A stretch of DNA of 64,000 nt from Schmidtea polychroa (lineage: Eukaryota), in contig CM097886.1 in NCBI GenBank assembly GCA_044892525.1, positions 161,870,312-161,934,311 on the forward strand, read 5' to 3'. A program made the translations under genes and the position numbers. Positions 10,754-22,665 of this stretch are shown piece by piece; the stretch's first letter is position 1; each line of letters opens with the position of its first letter. A model generated the notes under the pieces. That model saw only the letters and a program-made list of their open reading frames with translations, was not told where the DNA came from and ran no database searches.

Positions 10754-11535
10754 TTAAGTAAACTTAATGCTGGGTATGTGTGTTGTGTACCGACACATTT
10801 CATCACTATTCTGACTTGTGGGTCTAGAAATCAGTTCTAGCCCAACACTTGTAATTATAGTATACAAGCACCAACATCAGTAGATTGAAGTCATTTAATT
10901 TTATGTTTAAATGTTTTGAATGTATCAGATTTGAATGTATAATGTTGACTATTGTGTTAGAAATTGAAGTAATTTCAAAATAGATTTCTTGAATTAATGT
11001 ATTATTACATTGCAAATACAAGATGAACACTGCATATTATCTTAAACATGCGCTGCAGGTATTAGGTTCGTTGTTTATTCGAACTAACACAGATATCTCT
11101 GACTTTAAATTTATATTTATTACGTGTAAGGTTAATAAATAAATAACAAATATGTTTTATTCAAAGTTTTTCTTCAATCACACAAAAACAATTATACTTA
11201 TTAAAATATGCTACACAAACACTGTTACAACTAAAGGAAAATTGATCGGTTGTACAAAACCACATTAGATTGCTAAAGGCTGGCTTTAAAATGCGCCAAC
11301 AGCCCGATTAAGGTCACAAGTAAAGGTGAGAGAAATTTCCCGAATTTTAACAGCGATAGTTTTAGTCTAAGAAAATTGGACAATACTTTTCCTAATAATT
11401 GATTTTAAGCTTTTTTTATATTTAATAATTATACTTTGACGCGCCAAATTCCGTGGAACCTGATTTTAAGAAGAGTTAATAATTCCTCACAATAGACTAA
11501 ATTTTCCAAATAGCTTTTACTGCTAGAATGATTCC

Positions 11536-12404
11536 TGTAATGTACTGTTATATATTTTATTTATTTTTAAACAAGGTTTTGCGACGCCTTGTCATTTTAT
11601 CGAGGGTAGGCCGCAATGGCAAAAGAATAAAAAATACTATATAGCGATAATTTAGTATGGTAAATTATCGCTATAGAAATATCGATGAAAAGAAAAAAAA
11701 TCAATAGAAAAATTATATCAAAGTAAAAAAGAGTAATTTCGAAGAATAGAAAAAATTAACAGAAGAAAGTGAACGATTCAAAAGTTAAGCAGATCAATTC
11801 CTAAACATAATTTTAAGGAATAGCTGAAGATTATTTAAAAGAAACAAACGATTGAAAGGCCGAACAGTTCTATTCCCGAATATAATTTAAAGAACAAACC
11901 AAAAATTATCAGGAGAAAATATACGATTTATAAACTGAATCTTTCAACTTCTAAATATAATTTAAAAGAAAACTGAAATATTAGTGAAAGGACATAAACG
12001 CTTTAAAAGATAAATCATCCAGATCCTTCACTTATACCGAAATCGATTTCGATTGTGATCCTCAGTCCTAAATTGTTCTACGACGATCCACAAATCTACT
12101 TGATAAGAAAAGTTAGAATAAACTACCAAGAAAATAACAAAGGTTGCTTTAAATTTTTATTATTTAAATAAAGTTGTTATTGTTTGGTTATTATTCATTT
12201 TTATTTGTGTTGGGTAAGCACGCAGATACACACGCACCCCGGATTGTCCCGCCACAATTTTTAATGGAGACTGTCGGGTTCATCAAATTTCCTAACAGAC
12301 ACACGCACTCATCAACATAAATATAATACAGTCAATATATAAAACTAATATATTATACTATATATAACACTATATATTAAATAATACCACATCCTACCAT
12401 AATA
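11536..12404 (+). mobile_element. Solo LTR (family A, copy 1)
   Basis: Starts TGTAATG and ends cataata (CA>TA). 5-bp TSD ATTCC on both sides. Homologous to 15051-15751 in inverted orientation. Confidence 0.8.
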
Positions 12405-12479
12405 ATTCCAAACCCCCTTTAATAAAATAAATTTCCACAAGAGTTCTAATTGATACAACCAGTAATGGTTATTTCAACG

Positions 12480-12776
12480 AGTATCACGAAGTGGTTCATT
12501 GACTTATGGTTCATCGACAAATGGTCCACAACATTTGGTTCACGACAATTGGTTCACTATCTTTTCTCTGTGTTCTCGTAGACTGTGTAATCGATAGACT
12601 GTCAGATAGAGACAGAAATTATGACAATGTTACTAAATTGGATAAAATTAAGTTTGTCTGTGATCGCTATTTTCAAAATTGTTATTGCCACACAATAGTG
12701 AACCAAATGTCGTGAACCAATTGTCGTGAACCAAATGCCGTGAACCAATTGTCAGTGAACCAGTTGTCGTGGATCC
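12480..12776. mobile_element. Mutator-like MITE with tandemly repeated TIR subunits
   Basis: 9-bp TSD ATTTCAACG at 12471-12479 and 12777-12785. Inverted arrays of about 15-bp TGGTTCACGACAAT units at both ends. Confidence 0.75.
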
Positions 12777-13284
12777 ATTTCAACGATAATATTAGATCGA
12801 TTGATTTGTCAATACTATTTCTGTTCACTTAACACACTTTCTCTACTGTCAGATTTTTTCTCTACCTCTGCACAATTTGACGACGCTATTTATATTAATT
12901 CTATAAATACTAATTGTTCAATTACTATTTTTACTTATATGTAATTATTTAAATACTATTTTTATTTATTTGTATTCTAGTTCTAGTAATATTTTAATTT
13001 TTTATTTCTATAAATAGTAATATTTAATTACTGTTTATAATTTATTATTCTTATTATCTAAAAAATCTTATTTCTATTATTCTTCTTTCCCCTGGTTCCT
13101 AATGAACCGCAACACAGATATTAAAAGATTGAGAACCACTTCAACATTACTTGTGGATAATATCAGTCCCAAATTGTTATAGAATTTACCAATAATTAGT
13201 GGTCAGTAGAGTATATTGTAAACATTGAGCTAGTAACCGAACAAAGGTCACTCTTCATACGATAGTTTTAATGTTCATTTAATC

Positions 13285-13733
13285 CAGTGCTTTTAAACCT
13301 TTCTGTTATTGCGACCCAGTTTACCAATGTAAATATTCTCGCGCCCCCCTTTTTGATCTATCAAAAATTATAGTGTCATAATGAAAACAGTCCGATATTC
13401 GTACATTTAATTTTATTGGTTAAATGCGACTGTTTGCTTTAAATGCACAGTAATGTATACGTCTATCCCTACCCTTTATACCAACGCCTGCTAAAACACA
13501 GGCCTAACACAAGTACTGATATTTGTTTCATACTAATAAACTTATATAATAAATTATTTTTTGGTGATATGTAATTATAAACTGTATTCTTATTTTAATT
13601 ATATATAATTTTTTTATTTATATATATATATATATATAATTTATTTAATTATACAACTTCTTTTATTCAACCTTCAACAAAGTTTTAATTTTGTTGTTAA
13701 ATATACTGGCGCCCCGCAGGTTGAGAATCGCTG
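13285..13733. mobile_element. hAT MITE
   Basis: Ends CAGTGCTTTTAAACC / CAGCGATTCTCAACC. TSD ATTTAATC / ATTTAAAC (7/8). Confidence 0.7.
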
Positions 13734-15050
13734 ATTTAAACCATACGTTAGGTAGTAGAATACTATCTTGGAACCAATCAATATTATTCACACCAGGAAT
13801 CAATTGTTTTATTATTCGATTTTGAAATTCGATTGAGGAATTCTGAATCCGTATCAATAGTTCGAACAATTATTATTTCGACAACAGTAATGCTTTGTAA
13901 CTAACTAAACTTCTTTAAATTGGCCTTTCTCATCTTTTTCCCTTTTCGATGGTAATGTAATCATAAAGTTTTAGTAATCATTTTCGATAATTTTATCACA
14001 AAGTTTAAATGAGTCTTTTGAATGATTCATAATAATGATATTTTAGGAGGATTTCAACCACATTTCTCTTATTGTATGATATATGATAATTTCAATTTCA
14101 TATGCTTCATGAAGAATAGCGGTAGTGGTTGAAATTCCAGAATTTGTTAATATTCGAGGCTATCTCCGAATTGGCAATGACATTAGTGTAGCAATCGAGC
14201 GATAATTCAGGTAGAAACACTAGATAGAATTGATCGAGCTAACGCAGGAAGACTTTCAATTATTGAGTCGAGAGTACGATCGAGTAAGCATTAGAATCAG
14301 AAAATTCCACCGATCACAAATGCTCTTTAGACGATAGCTCCTATTTTAGATTTTGTTGAGAACCACCTAGCTGTAATGATCAGAAAACGATCTCTCGTGC
14401 ATATATCCGCTACATGAGACTAGACACATAATTTAAATTAGAGACAGAAAATGTCATATGGGTGAGTTCAATGGATAAAACTTACAATTAACGATATATC
14501 TAAATCTCGATGTGAGTAAATTGCATATAGAATTGAGGTGCAATTAAGATAAGGATTTTCAGTGACTAAATCAGCAGGCAATTTAATTATATACAAACAT
14601 GCGAATCAATAGATAACACCCAACACTCGGTAGACAATAAATTGATGGAAAATAATACTTGTACAAATAAAAATAATACCTTTAAATAAGATGAATACGC
14701 AAATGATAACATAGTGAAAAATCATATTTAATGAATTAGATTTTTAATGATTAAATTAAGTTAATATTTTCAAATTTTGTAGCAAGAAATTTTTTTGTAA
14801 TTGTTTTAAACATTATTTAACTGTGGCAGATTCCCATCCATGAACCGTAAATTTGATTGCATCTGTTCTGTTTGTAGAGTTGATTTGTTTCCTGTGACGA
14901 TTCATTCGATAGTACACTCTTGTTACAGTAAGTCTCTTTCGGGAACAAACTTTATTTATAAATATTTATAATTGTTTATTTATAAATATTCTTTCCTTTT
15001 ATTGTTATTCTCATTGATTCAGCATATGACTATCAATCCACCATACAAGC

Positions 15051-15751
15051 TGTTATGATTGTAGGTTTCGGTGGTATTATATTCTATATGTTATATTCTA
15101 TTATATTCTATGTATTCTATATGTGTTATAAATAGACTATATTATATTTGTGTTGGTAAGTGTGTGCGTGTGTGTGAGGAAATCTAGAGAGCCCGATAGA
15201 GTCACCGTTAAAAATGTGGCGGGACAATCGGAGTGCATGTTGTGTAGAGATTTTTGACAATGAGATCACAAAAATAATATTAAAGTAATATGATAATGAA
15301 TTGACAAAAGTAATATTAAAATAAAATTAATAGAACAAACCAACAAACAATTATAATTCCAACTTTTATTTAAAGAAAAAAATTCAAAAACCTTAGACAT
15401 GGTACGAAATTAGAATGTCAAACTTTTCAATTTCGGCGAATTTACTTTTATAAATCTGTTCAAAAATATTCTTTTCTACTTGGGGGAAATTTCCAATGAT
15501 TGATATCAAATTTCAGAATATTGTATAATAAATTTCTTTTGATTGTGGAATTGTGATAAGCTTTTAACTTTCAGTTTTATTATTGATTTTTTTATTTGTG
15601 TTCGATATTTGTATAGCGATAATTTACCATAGTAAATTATCGCTATATAGTCCCTTTATTCCTTTTTCAAGCGCGACATACGCTCAATGAAATAGCAAGA
15701 CGTCGCGTAACCTCGTTTGAAAAGAAATAAAATATATAACTATACATTACA
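15051..15751 (-). mobile_element. Solo LTR (family A, copy 2)
   Basis: On the minus strand TGTAATG...CATAACA. Perfect 5-bp TSD CAAGC at 15046-15050 and 15752-15756. Confidence 0.85.
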
Positions 15752-15759
15752 CAAGCCTT

Positions 15760-16494
15760 TCATCTAACCTTGTTTCTCTTGCGCAAACAAAAATACGGCT
15801 ACCAAAGGTTTACAGGCCCAGATGCTGCCGTTGAAATGATAGATTAATGTATTAGAAGGTACTTGGTTTACCCCAGCACAAAAGAAAGAAACGCAGAAAA
15901 ATCTATTTCGGAGTAAACATTACCTGGATAGCTTAATTGAAGAAAGTCGGTCACAACGTCTCCTTGCAAAGTGCAGTCGGAAGCTCTTCACAAAGTGTAC
16001 GTCCAGGTGACGGTGAAGAAGAATATTGTAAACATTCCAATGGCTGAAGAAGACAATGTTTTCCCCATTTACCATAGTCGATCAAATGTCATTCATCGAT
16101 CCACAAAAAAGTCCTGTCAAGGGTGTGTAGAGTTCGATTTTTCGCCTACCACCTCCAAAGTTGTCTTCACGGGCACTAGTAGGGTGAAGCGCAAGGCTAC
16201 CCAACCACCTACTGTATCCAATACTTCGGTACAATGGATAAAGCCCATGCGCCGGCAATTATCGGTAGCGCTTTACTTTTCCATAATTTAGATTTAACCA
16301 CATAACTGAGATTGTCATTTAGAGGAAAATGGATACAGTTAGGGATGGTATTCGTCGGGCGATGATCCGGCGTCTTTTAGCATAAAGATTTTTTAATTCG
16401 GGTTGAGAATTTTATTATTGTCACATCAACTACGTCGGTATTGAACTTATGATAATAAAATGAAGTCAATGATCAAAACCTCACAATAGTGGAA
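15760..16494 (-). mobile_element. Possible DIRS-like (tyrosine recombinase) retroelement relic, interrupted by the gypsy at 16500
   Basis: Degenerate frames resemble the DIRS methyltransferase-like region and YR N-terminus (CIHFP...KLWKSKALPIIAGAW; DVVTDFLQLSYPGNVYSEIDFSAFLS). No catalytic RHRY motif seen. Confidence 0.3.
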
Positions 16495-16499
16495 GCTAC

Positions 16500-16915
16500 T
16501 GTAGTGCCTCTGACTAGCACTTTTATCAATTTAATAATTGAACTAAAAAATTATTATTAAATTAATTAAATTAAAATTAAATTAAAAACGATTGTTTAAA
16601 TAATCCTGTCTTTTTCTAAAAGAAATCATCAAATTCAATATAGAAAAAAACAATGAATTATTTAACTTCGCAATCATCAAATCGAGTCAAAATCATTAAA
16701 TCAAATATGCCAGAAATTCAAGAAACAGAGACCTTAGTCTTATTAGCAATGATCTCTCTGATGATAGTTAATATCTTCAACAATCTCCATACAATCTCCA
16801 GATCAAGTGTTCGTGCTTTCGTCGTAATATTGACTAATGGCGAAGATATGACAATCATTTACTTCAATGTTAATTTGAATAAATTCTTTATTCGAATTAA
16901 TTGTATGTCTATACA
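16500..16915 (+). repeat. 5' LTR
   Basis: TGTAGT...TATACA, near-identical to 21277-21662. Confidence 0.95.
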
Positions 16916-16917
16916 AT

Positions 16918-16932
16918 TGGTGTCAGAAGTGA
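16918..16932 (+). promoter_or_regulatory. Primer binding site, tRNA-Leu type
   Basis: TGGTGTCAGAAGTG two bases after the LTR, complementary to the 3' end of eukaryotic tRNA-Leu. Confidence 0.8.
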
Positions 16933-17129
16933 CAAAAGTAAATGTTCTTCTTTCCTTAAAAACAGTAAAAATTGCATGTATAATTTTCAGATTTTTTAAG
17001 ACATTTTAATTTATTAAATTTATATATAATATATTAAAAATATTCAATTATTATGTTGCTATATTTTTTTTCACCAATCTCCCAAACCCAAAAACCCAAC
17101 TTTAATTAATAAGAAAACGCGCAACATTA

Positions 17130-20100
17130 TTGTCCGTCACAACAACATCTTGTTCCAAGTCCGCGTAACCCAAAATTTATGAAAGACCTATCGAAACATT
17201 TTGTAATGGACGAAAACGAGTTTTTTTACCTTAAATAACGGAGTCCCCATCGTCGACCCTTTTTCAATCTCGGAACAATCAATAGTCACACATTTTTTCA
17301 GTACAAGAGTTTGTGCCAAAACAAACATCGAACATCACTTATCTACCCCGATCGGTCGAACCCAATTAATATTTTTTGACTCAGATTGCACCCCATCATC
17401 TTGGTTCCGCAATTTTGAGTCGCGCACAAATGCCAACACCAAATCAAGACAAGACTCCTTGTTAGACGCGAAACCTGACGAATTAATGTCAGAATTAGGT
17501 TCTCAAATTTCTGACGCATTAGACTCCGTAAACCCTTACGAGTCCATCAAAACAGCGATACATAAGAAATACTCATCCACAAACACTTCATCAATAGAGA
17601 AACTATCAAAACCTATTCCATAACAGGCCCAGCACCATCATCATTTTTATCCCAACTCGTACGAGAACTAGAAAATGCTCATACCGGTCTATCTAAAGAA
17701 CACTGCTATCCTATTCCACTATTTTTTAACAGCGCTCCTACATCACGTCCAAACCTCCCAACTCGTCGTCGATTCAGTGGATACTATCCACCTGTCAAAA
17801 TCTCTGATAAACTGATCACCAGACCACCTATTCGTAACACAACCACCTCCATTTCATCTGTCTCCGACCCCTTACTTGAAGAACAGATATCCTACTTGAC
17901 AAAAGCTGTCACCACGTTAACTAACCCCCCTCGACAAATTCCATACTCCCAAAGAACTGACAGGTCGAACTCTTTTCCACCTCTGACTTGTTTTTTACAC
18001 AAAAAAGTTTTCATCGGACGCTAGAACATGTCACATAGGATGTTCTTGGCCAAACCCCCGTTAACCTTAAGAGTTATTCCCATATGCACTTACCACAACC
18101 TCTTCGGGTTACATGCACAGAAATGCCTTCCAGGCTGTACTTTTGAGAATCGTCACTCAAAAAAACCACAATACAATAAAACTACTCCAATAACCCCCAA
18201 AAGAAAAAACTAACTTCTCTTTCTAACTAACTCAAAACTAACTCAACTTTCACTCACAATTTCCACATAACAGACACAATTCATCCAATACTAGACTCCG
18301 ATTTCCTCAGCGAACAATCCCTCATGATAGACTGCAAAAATCGACGACTATTCACTATAAACAGACATCTCAATCCTATATCCACAAATATATCACCAAA
18401 CAGAACAACAATCTCTACACAGACATCTCCAACGACCCAACTCAGATTTATCCAATCTACTGACACAATAGAACGCAATAAACACATGTCAGATATCCAA
18501 CACTCACCTAATTCAGAGCCAATGCACGACATAAAAGAGACAATCTCAACCACATACCCAAACCTCATCACAAAATGCCCTATCATACCACCTACAACTC
18601 CATCGACTCATTATATTCCGACATTACCGTGCATACCACAACACAACCGAGCCAAACCCCTCCCACCCATCAAACTCGACGCAGTTAAAGCCGAATTCAC
18701 CAGTTTAGAAAATGCAGGCATTATACGCCGTTCTTCATCTTCATGGGCGTCGCCAATACAGATCACCAAGAAAGACGATTCATTCAGGCGTTGGGGCAAC
18801 TACCGTCAATTCAATCAAATGACTGTTCACGATGCATACACAATGTCACTTATCAAAGATTTAATAACCCGCTTTTCACAATCCACCATATTTTCAACTA
18901 TTGACCTTTCGAAAGCCTACCATTAGTTTCCTGTACATATCGATGACGTTCCCAAAACCGATGTAACCACACTATTTGGAAATTTCGAATACATTTACAT
19001 GCCTTTCGGCCTAAGGAATGCAGCTCAGTCTTTAGAACACTTCATGGACACAATTTTCCGGGAAGTCCACCACGCTTTTGCATACCTAGACGATATATTC
19101 AAATCATTACCCGACCGTGACACCCACAATAAAGACCTACACACTGTTCTTGACATATTGAACCGTTATAACTTACAGATCAATGTAAATAAATGCGATT
19201 TCTATCAAAAACGCGTAAGATTTCTTTGTCACATACTCTCATCTACGGGTTGCGAACCTTTTCCTGAATAACTTGACATAATCTGCAGCTTTCCATTACC
19301 CGCCACTGTAACACAATTACGTAGCTTTTTGGGCATTCTCAATTTCGGCATAGATTTATAAAAAACGCATCACACATAATGGCACCTCTTTCAACATTGA
19401 AAAAAGGAAAGAAAAACTCCACCAGTAACTGGTCCGAAACAACACGTGACGTATTCAACACAGTCAAAGACGCTCTATCCAAGATTACAACTCTTCACTA
19501 CCGGAGTCATGACCTCCCATTTACCCTCACAACAGATGCATCAAATATCGCCGCCGGCGCAGTCCTTCATCAAATTAAGAGCAATGTTTCACTCCCAATA
19601 GAATTTTTCTCTAGAAAATTTTCATCGGCGAAGTCAGAGTACAGTGCATTCGACAGAGAATTACTTGCTATTTTTCTAGCTGTTAAGCATTTTGGTCACA
19701 TTTTAGAATTTAGACAATTCACAGTCTAAACTGATCACAAACCTCTTATCCACTGCCTCACCATGAAAGACCCATCAAACAGGGTACATCGTCAGATAAC
19801 ATACCTATCATCTTTCGACATTAAGTTCGCCCATATATCCGGTAAAGATAATGTAATCGCTGACTATCTTTCCAGAAACATTTCAGCATCTATCTCATCA
19901 ACCCCAGTAATTACTCAAAATGTTCTCCGTTCAACCCCACCGACATCAGAAGATTTCGTCCATTTCAAAGACTCGCTACAGACAATAGACGGCATACATT
20001 ATGAAACAATGTATAAAAACATCCTCAGACCAATCCTACAGTCTTCGCTTCGGAAAAAAGCATTTCTCGCCATTCACAACTTGCACCACCCAGGAATTAA

Positions 20101-21100
20101 GTCCACATACCATCTCCTACGCCAAAAGGTCACATGGTTTTCATTATTCAAAGATGTAAAAATGTGGATCTCTGAATGTGAGGGCTGCCCAGCAACACAA
20201 AATGAACCGACACACTAAACAACCAATCACTCCTTTCCAAACGGGTTCGAGATTCGACACACTTCACATTGACCTAGTCAGTAAACTACCAGCAGTCGAC
20301 GGATTTTGTTACGTCCTGACAATGATTGATCGGAAAACACGATGGTTTGAGGCTGTTCCTGTCCGTGACATCACCACTCACACGGTTGCACAAATTTTAG
20401 TATCCACCTGGTTTTCACGTTATGGAATTCCAACCTCTAGCATCACTGACCAAGGTGCACAATTCGAATCGGATCTTTTTTAACATCTTACATCCAGCCT
20501 CGGCATAAAACATTTAAGAACCAGCTCTTACCATCCGCAAACAAACGGTCTCGTCGAACGCGCTCATCGGACTTTGAAAGCATCTCTCAGAATACTCTAA
20601 ACTTCAACTTCATGGGTCAAAGAGTTACCATTTGTTTTACTTGGATGGCACAGTACACCCAATCGTTCAAGCGGCGTGTCTCCTTCACAACCTTTGTTTG
20701 GATCTAACACTTTCATGTTCAATGAACTTATCGATCTTTACAAGGACTCACCATTAGACAAGATCAATCTAAGACGCAAGCATTTTTTGAGCTTAAGTAC
20801 TAATCCATCGTTCACATATTCCACGTCGTACAAGCCATATATACCACAGTCCCTTTCCTCAGCAACTTACGCATGGATGAGAACTATCGACTCATCAAAC
20901 TTCAAACCAGATATAAAGGTCCGTTTCGCAACATATAGCTGTACAAAAACAAGTAAAACTCGATATTGACAACAACCAAGTCATGATCAACCTTTCCAGA
21001 TTAAAACCAGCCTTTTGCACCCCTGAATACGACGAAATCCCAAACAACCATATCACAAAAGACTTGAACATAAACGGAGACATATTAGAAGACAACAACC
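17130..21100 (+). pseudogene. gag-pol pseudogene (RT, RNase H, integrase)
   Basis: SSSWASPI, GNYRQFN, FSTIDLSKAYH*, MPFGLRNAAQ, AYLDDI (RT). LTTDASN, YSAFDRELLAI, TDHKPL (RNase H). HNLHHPG...CEGC (IN zinc finger). HIDLV, ITDQGAQFES, YHPQTNGLVER (IN core). Many stops and frameshifts. Confidence 0.95.
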
Positions 21101-21276
21101 GACAACACTACCAGACACATCAAATGTTCAACTCCTCCAAAACAATCCACCATTCCCCTCCAGGCGAACACGTAAACTCCCTCAATACTTCTCGGATTAT
21201 GATCTTCAGTGACTGCTTCCACCATTATCGACGTCTTTGTCTTTTGATACGCTCTGCATACTTCGACGGGGGCTAT

Positions 21277-21662
21277 TGTAGTGCCTCTGACTAGCACTTT
21301 TATCAATTTAATAATTAAACTAAAAAATTATTATTAAATTAATTAAATTAAAATTAAATTAAAAACGATTGTTTAAATAATCCTGTCTTTTTCTAAAAGA
21401 AATCATCAAATTCAATATAGAAAGAAACAATGAATTATTTAACTTCGCAATCATCAAATCGAGTCAAAATCATTAAATCATATATGCCAGAAATTCAAGA
21501 AACAGAGACCTTAGTCTTATTAGCAATGATCTCTCTGATTATAGTTAATATCTTCAACAATCTCCATACAATCTCCAGATCAAGTGTTCGCGCTTTCGTC
21601 GTAATATTGACTAATGTTAATTTGAATAAATTCCCTATTCGAAATAATTGTATGTCTCTAAA
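21277..21662 (+). repeat. 3' LTR
   Basis: Copy of the 5' LTR with about 10 substitutions and a 30-bp deletion. Confidence 0.95.
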
Positions 21663-22296
21663 GCTACATAGCTCAAATTTGTTTAGTTCCAAAATCTAAT
21701 GTGCAGTTCTAATGTCAGTTTCTGGTGGATATAAATTTTACTAGTCAAATTACACTGTTTGGATCACAAGCGACTAAGTTGAAGTCACCAGCTCAACACC
21801 ACAATAATCACATCTTTGGTTCGATATTTAATTAGCATTTCTATTTCTTTTATTTATTAGAAAATTTTATAAAATTTACTTTATTTCACATAAGTTATTA
21901 TTATTCATTTTTAAAATTAATAAGTGTCACATCTTTGAAACAGCCTAGAATACAAATTTCTATTCTTTCATTACTACAACTCATATTTAGTAATAAATAA
22001 GCACACATGTCAACAGAATTCAAAAAGATTTTTAAAAATTGAATGTCCTTTTAAAAAATATAAAACATCAAACACGCATTTGTTTAAATTATTTTCCAAG
22101 GACAATCAAAACATTTAGTTTAGAAATTTATTGTAAACAATATTTTATTTATTACTTTCTGTAATCAAAAATTGTAAATATGTATTAAATATTTTGTAGT
22201 ATTGTATAATAAAATTTCTGATATGTTTAAAATCTTTTTAATTATTTTATTTCTAAATGTTATGTAAGTTAAATTTGAATTTATATGTTTAGAATC

Positions 22297-22665
22297 ATGA
22301 GCAAACAAGGGAAAGATGACGATAATCTATTTCCAATTGCTGTATTGATTGAAGAATTAAGAAATGACGATGTTCAAACACGTTTAATCAGTATAAAGAA
22401 ATTGCCAACTGTAGCTCTTGCGCTAGGAATGGAAAGAACTAGAAATGAATTGATTCCATTTTTAACAGACACTGTTTATGATGAAGATGAAGTTTTATTA
22501 GCTTTGGCTGAGCAGCTCGGTTCGTTTGTTCCTCTGGTTGGTGGCTCAGAATTTGCATATTGTTTGTTACTACCATTAGAGACCTTAGCAACTGTAGAAG
22601 AAACTGTTGTTAGAGATAAAGCAGTAGATTCTCTTAGAATTGTAGCTACCAGTCATTCTCCTCAA
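22297..22665 (+). CDS. PPP2R1A: PP2A-A coding exon 1
   Basis: [16 protein letters not shown]...TSHSPQ, donor GTAATC. Confidence 0.95.

Larger units (their letters stand above)
16500..21662 (+). mobile_element. Full-length but decayed Ty3/gypsy LTR retrotransposon (CsRn1-like CHCC Gag)
   Basis: 5' LTR 16500-16915, 3' LTR 21277-21662. TSD GCTAC at 16495-16499 and 21663-21667. PBS at 16918, PPT GACGGGGGCTAT before the 3' LTR. Internal gag-PR-RT-RH-IN order. Confidence 0.95.

Noticed and set aside
13740-14900. Possible RLE-type non-LTR retrotransposon relic on the minus strand
   Set aside because: Coding-like but no diagnostic motif could be reconstructed with confidence.
11536-15751. One large element with long terminal inverted repeats (foldback or Polinton-like)
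   Set aside because: Each repeat has its own different 5-bp TSD and TG...CA ends, so they are independent solo LTRs.
16653-17009. ORFs 16653-17009 and 21430-21699
   Set aside because: They lie inside the AT-rich LTRs and diverge where the LTRs differ; most likely incidental.
1-21100. Many in-frame TAA/TAG codons at plausible Gln positions suggested a non-standard genetic code
   Set aside because: In-frame TGA also occurs, stops fall at Lys/Tyr/Arg positions too, and intact ORFs end in TAA, TAG or TGA. This is ordinary mutational decay.
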